A stretch of DNA of 64,000 bases from Paragordius varius (Eukaryota > Animalia > Nematomorpha): NCBI GenBank assembly GCA_964247055.1, contig OZ176057.1:5518001-5582000 (forward strand). Reading direction: 5' to 3'. The translations under genes and the position numbers were made by a program. This document shows, piece by piece, positions 12,954 to 24,251 of this stretch. The notes beneath the pieces are model-generated. The model made no database searches. It was not told where the DNA came from and saw only the letters and a program-made list of their open reading frames with translations. Position 1 is the first letter of the stretch; each line of letters opens with the position of its first letter.

Positions 12954-15182
12954 GTATAAATTAATTGATATCTACAATCCTTCGAATTTTACTATGTGAT
13001 TAAAAAAACTTATTTAAGTTAGGTTAATTAATTTTTTAGAAAAAGTTTAGTTGCAGTTCTATGGTTAATAAAATGTAAAAAATTCGGGTGTTTAATTCAC
13101 AAATTTAGATAATATAATAATTATACTATAATATAGCAAAAATTAGCGATGATATATATATTTCAAGGTTTCTTTCGTTGGCATATAATTGTTTTTAATA
13201 ATTGTAATAAAATGGAATATTTTGTAAATTAATAAAAATTTAAGGACTTTTCATAAAATGATTTTAGGTATGATTGTGAAAATGGGAGAAAAAAACCATC
13301 AAGAATTAAATTTTTTAAAGGGCCTACCCATTTTTTGTAAAAAAATTTTGTTGCTAAAACAATTTTGATAAAAAAATTTTTGGCTTTTTTAAAATTTCAC
13401 ATTCCTTGTTGCAAAGTTTCGTGAACAAAAAAACTAAAGAAAAACCGTTCGGTAAAAATATTTGAAATTTTTTTAATATATCCAAATTTGTAAAGAAAAT
13501 TTTATAAGGATTCAGAGATCAGCTGATTTTTGATATATCCAAATTTTAAAAGAAACCTGATCTAGGTGCATAAATGCATTGGTGAGTGTCACATTTGTTA
13601 TAACTTTTTTAAGTTTAGTTTGCATTGAAGTACTAGCTCTATACAACAAAAAATACAGTAAAAACTGAAATTATACGGACAAAACGTAAAAATATAAAGA
13701 CAAATATTGTTTTTCTAAAAGACAACCTAACCATTCTGTTTAAATCTTAATTTTTTTTAATATAACAACTCATGGTTTTAAACTGCAAAGTTGAAATTGA
13801 TTTGTATATCGGTAAAACAATCATTAATTATATATTTTACGGTTGTAGTTATATAAATTATATAAAAAAATAAGGTTTAAAAAAGTATGGTTGTGTTTTG
13901 AAATAAAATACTTGCCTTTATGTTTATATTTTTACGTTTTGCCCGCATAATTTACATTTTCTGTATATTTTCATTAAAATAAATTAAATATCCCTTTTTC
14001 CTTCAAAAAAAATATTATACTATAAAACATAATAGGAAACATTGAATCACAAACCACGCTTATGATAAATCCTGTTTTAGATTTTGAAACGTTAGAAAGT
14101 CAGAAAAAAATAGTTTTAATAAAATAATAATAGTAAAACTAAAGACAAATATTATTTTATGAAGAATCCAAATTTTAAAAATCCTAATTTGTTTGCTCTA
14201 ACCTGTTGATTACGATTGTTGAAATTTATATCTAAAGCAACCCCAGAACATTTTATTAGTCAGAACAAAAAAAGGACATTTCTATATCAAAAAACTTATG
14301 TGTATTTAGATTTTCCAATTTTTTCATACTTATACAGTATGAGTAAGTTTACTTTGCTAGAAAGTTATTAATTATTGCCAAATAGTAAATTCAACAAAGG
14401 GCAGTATTATTGCTTAATAATAGCAAAAAGTGTAAAACTAACTATAAGCCAATAATGATGTGTTTTGTTGTATTTATTAATTGGCAATAATTAATAACTT
14501 TCTAGCAATGTATACTTACTTATACTGTAATTCAATATTATCTGTTTCAACAACCTAAAACTGAATGTCTTTATTAATAAAAATAAAATATTTAAGTTTT
14601 TAGGTGTTGTTTTTATAATTTCAAATATTGATGTGTAATAAAACCTTTGATCTAAAAGCACAAGGGGTCCATCCTCACCCACCCCGTAAAGTAGAGCAGA
14701 ATTTTCAGGTATAAAACCGGCTTTAACGAAATTTTTTTCACTGGAATTATTTAGGCTTATGATGGGATTTACATTGTTTTTGATGTTTGTTATATCATAG
14801 ATTCGTATATATTTGTAACCTATATAGTATTATTTGATGTGGAAAATATAATAAAATAAATTATAATCAAACACAAAATATAAATCTTTGATTTAATTTA
14901 ATCAAAATTCAAATAGCCACTTTAAATAAATGTATTAATAAAAAAAATTAAACAAATACCTGCAGCAGCCAGATATTTTTCGTCCCCAGAAAAAGATATA
15001 TCGTTGACTTGCTAAATAATTTAGATTATTAATTTATAAATATATTTATTAAAAAATAAATATAACTTATATAATATTACTGATTCCGGATGCTGTAAGG
15101 AGCAAAAGGATGAATTGGAATCACCAATTTTCCATAATCTAATTGAATGATCATAACCAGCCGTAGCAAAAAGCTTTACCAT
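6491..15182 (-). CDS. MLST8: Target of rapamycin complex subunit LST8 (WD40), 12 exons, ~552 aa
   Basis: Exons 15182-15081, 15011-14960, 14819-14645, 13638-13557, 12332-12258, 11373-11296, 10693-10549, 10050-9733, 9478-9253, 8672-8563, 7151-6978 and 6612-6491. All GT-AG, phases consistent (1659 nt). Peptides FATAGYDHSIRLW, QHPESQVN, AAAGYKYIRIYD, IPEPQS, GLCSIW, YVLNCTFSPD, WVWCSRF and EYSGHRKAIICM match LST8 in order. Confidence 0.9.
7400..7663. mobile_element. MITE family B (TACCATTT...AAATGGTA ends, subterminal 21-22-bp tandem repeats); representative copy
   Basis: Terminal inverted repeats in TA context with the AATTCACCCTTGAACAATTCA unit. Other copies ~12357-12691, 24935-25156, 26842-27099, 44350-44643, 46390-46641, 47589-48030, 50075-50349, 50929-51265, 52248-53011, 54296-54480 (partial) and 55655-55757 (partial). 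Confidence 0.85.
12908..12946. repeat. (TA)n microsatellite (others ~6115, 8263, 27123, 29375, 37510, 53030)
   Basis: Pure dinucleotide runs read directly. Confidence 0.95.
13656..13963. mobile_element. MITE family A (Tc1/mariner-type, TA|CAGTAAAAATTGAAATTATACGGACAAAACG...ACTG|TA); representative copy
   Basis: ~90-bp TIRs, CAGT/ACTG termini, TA TSD. Other copies ~8020-8260, 11437-11730, 11849-12132, 20560-20790, 24750-25245, 26100-26290, 27845-28136, 28316-28592, 29401-29670, 40317-40592, 40849-41138, 42121-42390, 42532-42821, 45154-45426, 45782-46077, 48263-48510, 48515-48797, 51272-51577 and 53326-53625. Confidence 0.9.
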
Positions 15183-15246
15183 TTCCAAATTTAAATACAC
15201 CCGGTGGTTTTAGTAATTTATGAAAATTCATATTTTGTATCGTGTT

Positions 15247-15797
15247 TGGTTACATCACATTCATTTTAGTCCTTCGATTCGAATTGGGGTAGTTAGATAC
15301 CCCAGACCTGTTTAAAATGAAATTCTTAAAAAACATGAAAGGAATCGAAACCATGGCAAAATTTTGCACTATATAACATTAATAACCGAAATATATAAAA
15401 AAAATTTACTCAAAATTACTTGGTATTACTAATTTTTAGCTAAAAGCAAAATGTAAAAATTTAGTCAACGTAGCATGTGTGCAATGGCAAAATTTAAAAA
15501 TAATACAAAATAAACCGCTTTTCCTCTTTCTATCAATACTAGATGTAATTTAAATACAAAAGCTTTAATTTTACCCTTAAAATTACATGAAGACGATATT
15601 TTGCAAAAATATAGAAAAATAAAAATGGCGTCGAAGTAGTTTGACACGGAACTTTTTTTTCAAAACAAAATATTATTTAGATATTTTGGCATAATTAGGA
15701 TAGAAGCATAAATTTTAATTTGGACCGTTTCCTCCAGTCGTTTTGTAAAAGTCTTAACTTAAATTTAGTCTGGGGTACACCAATTTGAATCAAAGTG
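15247..15797. mobile_element. piggyBac-type MITE (family P), upstream of LST8
   Basis: Ends AAGTG|TTAA at 15793-15801; left end degenerate; colinear with the copies at 38685, 58348 and 59206. Confidence 0.8.
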
Positions 15798-18251
15798 TTA
15801 AAATCTATAAAATTTCTAAGGGTCTGAAATCCTAAACGTTTTTACACCCTAGTATAAATAAGTTGGCAAAAATAAAAATTTTTAATTACTATTTACCACG
15901 CTATATTTGCTACTTAAAGCAAAAAATGAAAATATATAAAACTTAATTATACGCCGAATCAATACTAATTTTAACAGACATTTATCAAAGATGAAATTTT
16001 ATAAGTGAGATAAATGCTAAATGTTAATAAGAGCGGAATTTAAATGTAAGACTCCTATTATGGAGGGGAATACATAACTAAGTTTTAGAGACAAACTTAG
16101 ATATGCGAATGCAGTATATTGACAAGATTCATGAAGGGAAAGATTAATTCAATTGAGAGATAAAGATATGAAAATTATATGGACTTATAAATGTCAAAAA
16201 CATTAAAATTTAAAAGATATATCACTTTTTATTTCAAATTTTTTGAATGATAAAAATGATTTAATTATCAAACGCTGCCAACTGGCATTAATAATAGGCT
16301 CTATATTTAAAATAACACTAGCTTATACCAAAATTCTTTTTATAACATACAAGTTTTATTTTTAACGCATCATTATATCCCTAGAAATTAACACAGCCCA
16401 GCATCCGACTCAACTAAGCGGCTGTGAACCACCATTCGTAGGTATGGAAGGGCAGCAAGGACATCTTTTGTGGTCAGTGGACATGGGTGACTTGATGGAC
16501 GGTTTACATAAATTTCTTGGATTAGATTTTCTGAGAAAGAAAACTATTATCATGGAATATTTAAAAATTTCATTCTGGTAGATGCATCAAAATTGTGGTT
16601 TTACTGTTTCTCACGAATAATTTGAAAAAACATTTATGATGTGGTAATTGCTCTATGACAATCACAATGATGCTGAATACACTATGCACAAATAGTGATA
16701 TATATGTATATATATATTACATATATATGTTGGTGAATCTTTGCGAATAAACAGAATTTATATTTAACAAAAATTTGATAAACAAATATTTTAAGCGAAA
16801 TTTTATGGTGATAAAAAAGTTCTGCAGCCTCGAATTTTATTGAGAGTGTTTTTTTATATTATCTTAAATCATTTTTGTATTGTTTCTTCAGTGCCTCATA
16901 ATACTATCTGCATTTTTTAGAAATATTTTTTGTAAAAAAAATAGGATAAATTAAAATTTTATCCCACAATGTCGGAATTTTTTCGTTTATGTTAAAACTG
17001 GCCCATTTTAGAAGAGCGAAAGCATTTAAAACTTTCGGAGCCCCCATCTTAAAATTAAAATATTTTAAAATATTGTTTTGCCTTTTATAGGTTGTTTCGG
17101 AGGTATTTTAGTGATATTTTTTGGAATGAAGCATTTAACCTTCACCAAAAAAAAAATTTAAAATATGTGTGCGAATTGTGCCCTTTTCTCACATAAAAAC
17201 ACTTAGCACAATGTAAATAACATAATTACATCACTCGTAAGGGCCAAAAAAAGTACCTTAATAATCCTCATACATTTTCCTATCAAAATATATATATTTT
17301 AGCATGATATTTTTTATACCCCCCGATTGACGCAGTGCTTTTACGATATGAGGCTGCTACGAAACCCCAATATTATAATTACTCCTGTCCTAAATGAACC
17401 CCATACGGCTGCATTTTAGCAGTATATATATAGTAAATTAATTAATAATTATCACTAAAAACAAAATATCCAAATAAAAAATGATTATACAGGTTAAAAA
17501 ATGTAACAAACACATATAGGACCTTTGATGAATGCTCTCTGTTGTATCCAAACAAATTTGACATATCTTTTTCATTTTATTTATTTGTTTATTTGAATAT
17601 CATTTATTAATCTTACTGTATGATATATATATATATATAAATATCGGCTAGCCAGTTTTGGGTCGCTTGGCTTAGAAACAATTATTTAGAAATCAGTTTT
17701 ATAAATTCTTTTCTCTTGTAATAATTTGAGATGTAAAATCAAAATAATTTTACATCGAATGAGATTCCAACTGAGAAATATAATGAATATATTACTTAGT
17801 CTCCCTCGGTGCATTTTTTTGTAAAAATATAAAATTTAAACGGGCTAACACGTTTTCAATGTTTAAAAAAAACCTGGTCTGAATTGAAAACTTTAATTTA
17901 AAGGGCTATGTTACCGGCAAAATTGTAAATTATTAAAACAATTTTTTTTATTTTATTTAAATAGCCCAACACGTTTTACGAAAAAGTGCTACACTAATAT
18001 TTGTTGGAAAGCACCATTTTTAGCGAATGATCTAAGGGGCAGAGAGATAGAATTTAATCTTAAAGTTAAGTTTATAAATCAATGCGCCTAATAGGTCATA
18101 TTAAAGTTAAACGAGATATAACATTTTGATTCGCTTGGGGAAAATAAAATAGTGAATTAGGTTTTTATTTGATAATATTAAAAATAATACTTTGGATTTA
18201 TAAATATATAACTTTAATGGTAAATAACTAGCGAAAATTATTAAAATAAAT

Positions 18252-19910
18252 CAGGGCCTCTTAAACTAGGGTCGCGACCCCATTTGGGGTCGCGAGCGAT
18301 AAAAATACGTTTTAACAAAAAATGTTTTTGAACTTGTAAAATTATTGTTATAAAGAAAAATTACAATCATTGTATACAATATTACCTAAAATCTTCGATT
18401 CGGAAAGACTGTTTATACCAGCATTTCTATATCGATCATTATAATCTATATATTATAAAAATGGAAAATGCTGGCTTTGTGATCTGTTTCCGGAAAACCG
18501 GTAGACCCATTCAAATCCAAATGTCAAAAAATATAATCATTAATGAATGCCCCGACAATAGCTTTGCATTTTTTTTGAATTAGGCCCCCAGTTCGGGCCC
18601 ACCCCATGTTAAAACGCGTTTTTTTTCGAACAAGTCCACAAAAATCGTGTCTTGAGACAATTTTCCGGAAAACGTAATGGTCGATTACAAATATGAAATT
18701 TTTCTACCTTTTTTTGATTGCACCGATCATAGTCGGCTTACTTTTTAAATTTAGGCTCTCTTTTTACCCTCTTACCCCGTAAAATGCTATTTTTTTTAAA
18801 AAAACTATATATTTTTTGCCCAGGGTATGAGACCGTTAAAATTCAATGAGGATTCCAGGTATTCCCAAAAGGCAAAAATTTTAGTCTTGCGTTTTTTAAA
18901 TATTTGCTGCTGGGTAAACATATAGCCGCTAAAACTGCACCACTATATAGAAATTGCGTTGTTTTGGAGCTAATTTACAGATATGAAGCCATATGAGCTC
19001 ATTAAAAGCTTGAAATATTACCCGTAATGAGGTAAAAATTAAGGCGGCCTTTTTTATTAGCCGTTAATTTGGGGTCTTTATGCCCTCGTCACCTATAACG
19101 ATCATTTACTGTTGAGGTATTTTTTTGAAAAACCCATGAGACGATGGTATCCAAAATGATTCCAAATATTTGCCCTATAAAGGCAAATAATTTAACTCAG
19201 CGCTTTTTCCATACTATGGGTAGGTGTCTACCGGTTTAAAACTGACACCCCATACAAAATAGGCGTAGTTTTGGAGCTAATTTTCAAAAAACATAAAAAG
19301 CCATACGAGTTCACTTAAACTCATTTCTGGGGAATTTTTATAATATCATTCTTTCCTTTAAAAAGGGATCACAAATGATTTACTTTTTATATCCCTTGAT
19401 CCCAGATGCGTGAACACAATTTCAAAATGGAACTTTTAACCAAGATTTCGTAAAATAAAAATCTTAAAAAAATCCAATGATAGTTGAATATTAACTTGAA
19501 TAAGGGACAGTTTAAATATGGGCAATTTCAAGTAAACAGTATTTGTGCCTAAAATTCGTAAAAGAATAATTAAAGGCATTTTTTATTAAATATGTTTTTT
19601 ATTATTTTTATCTCCATTAACTCTATTGTAAATTATTAAGATTATCGGTGAGACTACGTCACAGCGAAGCGTAACAGGGCCAGCTAGTATCTTGTATAAA
19701 TTTACTATGAATCAATCTTATAGAAATTTATAAAAAATGTACATTTATTTTTGTTAATCTCTTAAAACCGAAATTATCTTGTATAAATATACTATGAATC
19801 AGAAAATGTTATAGAAATTTATAAAAAATGTAGATTCATCTTTGATCTCTTAACACCGAAATTATCTTGTTTAAATTTACTATGAATCAGAAAATATTAT
19901 AAAAATTTAT
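18252..19910 (+). mobile_element. hAT non-autonomous element carrying a Helitron (copy 1; right TIR not found)
   Basis: Starts CAGGGCCTCTTAAAC; reverse-complement match to 32100-33650, including the nested Helitron and a ~90-bp tandem repeat at 19690-19910. Confidence 0.75.
18445..19687 (+). mobile_element. Non-autonomous Helitron
   Basis: 5' A|TCTATATATTATAAAA; 3' GCGAAGC hairpin followed by CTAG|T; inserted in an AT dinucleotide. Confidence 0.8.
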
Positions 19911-20801
19911 AAAATATTTTATTAATATGCCATTTATCTTCTTTTACTCCATAATGTTTTTTCAAAATATTTTGCCAATAAAATTGTCGACTTATTCTTT
20001 ATAATAATCCTTGTTACCGGAATTTTATTTTTCCTTTTTTACTCCTTTAAAGCCTTTTCTCGATAATATTCATCAATCACATTATCAGTAAATAGTTTTT
20101 ATTAGGTGGTGCATTGTAGTATTTAGTTTTTGATATTTCAACCTAATCATATGTGTAAGCTTATAGTAATGAGTTGTCCCATAAGGAGCCAATAAGCCAA
20201 AAGAGAGGGCAAATTGTGATTTGTTTACAATGTGAAGCGGTTCTTCATTGCTAAATATCCCAAGGACACAGTATATTTGATAAGCGATGAATTTTGCATT
20301 GGGACATAACTATATATATATAATATATTACTGGCTCATTAATATTATAGTTGGGCGATTTGGAAAATAATAAAAATATTGTTGAAATTAAACATTTTTT
20401 TCCTATCTTACATTCCTTTGCTAATTTAATTATGGAAAAAAATTGTTTTATAACATACACACACGCTATTGTTCTTAAATTGACCAACAGTAAAGTATTA
20501 ATAAGCCATCCCAACATAAGTGCGCATATTTGTATGTGCAGTTTAAATTGAAATTATAAGAAAACGTAATAATATAAAAACAAATATTTATTTCTAAAGA
20601 CACCACCATACTTTTTAAATTTTGATTTTTTTAATAATAACTCATTGTTTCAACCTCTAAAGTATATAATAGAGATGTATATTGGTAACATATTATTTTA
20701 CGATTATTTTAATAGGATAAATTTATTTGAAAAAGTATGGTTGTTTTTTAAAAAAATGCCTTTATAATTTTCGTCTTATCCGAACAATTTTTACTCTATA
20801 T

Positions 20802-22835
20802 CAGTGGTACTCAAACCGCGGGGCCGCATGCGGCCCTAAGAGAGAAATTGTCCTATGACCATATTGTTACTCAAATTATTTTTTGATGAATTTTAAAATA
20901 GACATAAAAGAATTTTTGCTTAATATTATTTTATTTTATTTAGATTTTGGTAATATTTATTTTTATTCCAATTTGGAATGTAGAAAAATTTCCCTACATT
21001 AAAATAATTTCCAAATTTGGAACACGTTTTCTATTTCTCTGTGCTATTTTCTTTTCTATTTTAAAAATTTTTATTGCATTGCTTTTTTGTATTTAAGTTT
21101 CATTGCTATCCTGCCTCATTCCCATAAAATATTTTTCAAATCAACATCATTCAATTACGACCTGTTTTTAAATAGTTCAAATTTTATTCCTATTTTTTAG
21201 AAAAATTTACATAATATTTAAACACAATTTCAAAGGATGGCATCTAATGCTAAAAAACGTAAATTATCCTATGAAATCGTTCCTCTAAAAATGAATGGGA
21301 AGAAAATTCTTTGTCGTTTTAAAAAATGTGTTGCCTCCCTAATATGTAAGGATAATAAAATAATAAAAAAATACAATATTGAAAGACATTTAACTATCCA
21401 TTCTCATAAATTACCAGAAAATCAAGGTTTGAGAAATGAAAAAAAGATAAAGGATTTATACCAGAAAGAAAAATCTATTGTGTCGATAGCTTTCTCCCAG
21501 GGAAAGGCTGTAACATTAGCTTCGTATGAAATTTTATATAGGGAAAAAAATATGAAACCGTTTACTGATTCCCAACTAAAAAAAGAATGTGTAATAATTG
21601 GTTGCACTTTTTTATTTGATAAATCATAATAAAGAACAAATCATGAACTAAATTAAAAACTTGAACTTTCTGATTCAACATATGCTCGACGCCTTGAAGA
21701 TATGTCTAAATATATTTATGACAATACTTTATTGGCTCTGAAAAACTGTAAATATTTTGGTATTGCTATTAATTCTAGCACTGATAGTAGTTCAACACCT
21801 CAATGTGCGCTCTTCGTGAGATTTTGCAACGACAAAATAATCAACGATGAATATTTAAAATTTTTACCAATGAATAATACCACGAAAAGAAGTGATTTTT
21901 CAATATAATTAGCACTTTTTTCATTAATAACACTAGACAACAAATTTTTCTGCCACTCGAGTTTTTTGCATTTTCTGATTTTTAGTATCATATTAACAGT
22001 AAATCTGAAATAAAAATTATAACTCGATGGAAGAATTTTGTATAATTTGATTTTTTTGATTATGCGCCCTCTTTATCAAAATTTACTAAAAAATGTTTTT
22101 CTTTGAAAATATACAAGTAATGCGCATTTGTAATAAATCATTCGAAAGAGTAATAAAAACTCTATAAAATGCATACTAATATGTATTACATCGACAGTTA
22201 GTATTGGACACAAAGAGCGACAAACGCGCGAAGCGAGAGCATTTTTTTTAATTATTATATTTTTAAAACTAATGGATGAAAATAGCTCAATCTTTGTTTA
22301 GATGGTGATGAATGTCCAAAAAAGATAACACAAGAAAGTTTTTTTGATTAAAACATTTTTTATCGCTTTTATGTCACTCAAAACAGCCATTTTTAATTTT
22401 TTGTTTTTTAAAAATTACCATCTCATCAATATTAATTTATTTATAGAAAATGTGCTCAAGTATTCTAATTGTTTTTCCCACAACTTACACGTGTGAGACG
22501 GCATATTCAAAAATGTATGTCAGCTTAACCGTTGATCATATGGACGACGTATTAAGATTGGCCATGAGGCGAAACCCAATTTGTCAAAAATTATTGGTTA
22601 ATATCAAAATAAATGTTGTTATCAAATTTTTTTAATTTTTTAAACTAAATTGTCAAAACTAGTTTTTAGCTGGATTTACACACGATCCGCAAAAAAATCA
22701 TTGTGCTGATTTTGAGTATAAATATGGGCATATGTGTCAAATAGCTATAGAATATTTGCCATTATAAGGTTTATGGCCCTCGAAAAAAAAATATATTTTA
22801 TTTGGCCCATCAAATTTTTTTGGTGAGTACCACTG
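20802..22835 (+). mobile_element. hAT (Buster/Charlie/SPIN-like) DNA transposon, internally deleted
   Basis: Perfect 12-bp TIR CAGTGGTACTCA/TGAGTACCACTG; perfect 8-bp TSD CTCTATAT (20794-20801, 22836-22843), matching the nnnTAnnn Buster target. Confidence 0.93.
21237..22600 (+). pseudogene. Decayed hAT transposase (GTF2IRD2/SPIN-like)
   Basis: Broken ORFs with LIC...KKYNIERH (BED-like), KPFTDSQLKKEC, LSDSTYARRLEDM, AINSSTD (degenerate LDESTD) and FPTTYTCETAYSKM (dimerisation region). Stops and a large internal deletion. Confidence 0.88.
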
Positions 22836-23423
22836 CTCTATATTATATGAAGAATGCAAATAATATCTAAAATCTACATAATTAAGTGATTTATGTTAAA
22901 AATAACGTTTGGACAAGTTTCGATATCATTCTTTTATTTTAGAAAACAATCTGGGCTTCCTGAAACGATGATGTGCGAATTACCCTAAAATGTTTTCACA
23001 TCATATTTTTTCGACTATTTTTAAAATAATGCATTATTTTGGATACTTTATTTAAAAAAAATCATTAAATCTAATTTTTACTTATTTTTTTTAGTTAGAA
23101 ATCGTATGCCATGCAGATGTATAAGACATGTTATAATGAATTTTAAACATTTCAAACGATTATCGCTAATGATAGTATTTCTATTTATTTATTTAAGCCT
23201 AATTAAATATTTTATATAATTGTTACTATTTGGCGATTATATTTAATTTTGTCGTAAATAAATTTTGATAATAAACTTACATGAAAAGGGAATTCAAGCG
23301 TTTCCATTTCTCGGTTACTCCCAATGATGCGTGTTTGATCTGCAAATTAATAACAACAAATATACAAAGATGGTATTTAATCCATCGGATTGGGGTGAGG
23401 GAGAAAGCTTCTAGTAATTTATA

Positions 23424-23611
23424 TACCATTTTTCACCCTAAAACAACATTTTTTAAGCAAACGCAACATTTTTCAAACAAATGCCACATGCTTTCAAGCC
23501 AATACAACATTTTTTTCAGGAAACAACTATAAAAATGTTGCGTTAGTTTTGCAAAAAATGTTGTGTTTGCTTATTTGGTTATAAAATGTTGCCTTCGCCT
23601 GAAAAATGGTA
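23424..23611. mobile_element. Fold-back MITE with family-B termini but a different internal repeat (CAACATTTTT)
   Basis: TACCATTTTTCA/TGAAAAATGGTA TIR flanked by TA; inverted arrays of a ~21-bp unit. Confidence 0.75.
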
Positions 23612-23845
23612 TACTAATAAAGAAAATTCAATTAATGCCTAAAATTTGAGAGCGTATCATGAACATATCATTAAAATTCCATTTTTAACGTGTAAAGAGA
23701 TTATTTTAAAAACCATTTTTTAGAATAAATCTTCATTCCATTTTAATTAATTGTATATTTATGGTTTCAACTCAATTTGAACAATCGTTATGAGAAAAAA
23801 CTGTTAGATTATATACCAAGACCCTTCACCGTTAAAGCTTTGGAT

Positions 23846-24251
23846 CAGGGGCGTACCGAGGGGGGGGGCAAGGGGGTGCATCATGCCCCGGGCGCCGTTA
23901 TTTAAGGGCGCCTAAGTGATTTTTTAAAATTAAATTTTAATTATTCAAAAATATAAGAACTTTCAAATGAGATTTTTCAGCAATTTAGGTAATAATCCCT
24001 ATATTATATACTCTCTTATTCACCTAATTAGTACCATTGAATAAATTAAGTATCATATAAATAAATATATTTAATAGATTTAAAATTTATATGACTGTGC
24101 TCTCTTATCTATGGTGTTTAGGTTACAACGTTTGTATTTTTTTTACTAAATTGTTTTATTGGCTTTTTAAAACGGAGGAGGGGGGGGGGGGGAGGGGGGG
24201 CACCATAAAAGTTTTATGCCCCGGGCGCCGTAAATGCTCGGTACGCCACTG
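23846..24251. mobile_element. hAT (Ac/Tip100-type) MITE, 406 bp
   Basis: 15-bp TIR CAG(G/T)GGCGTACCGAG with 1 mismatch; perfect 8-bp TSD CTTTGGAT (nTnnnnAn); GC-rich subterminal TGCCCCGGGCGCCG motifs. Confidence 0.92.

Noticed and set aside
14491-14565. Apparent extra LST8 exon (RLLKQIILNYSI, GTAAGT donor)
   Set aside because: Breaks phase; exon 14819-14645 joins 13638-13557 directly and matches LST8.
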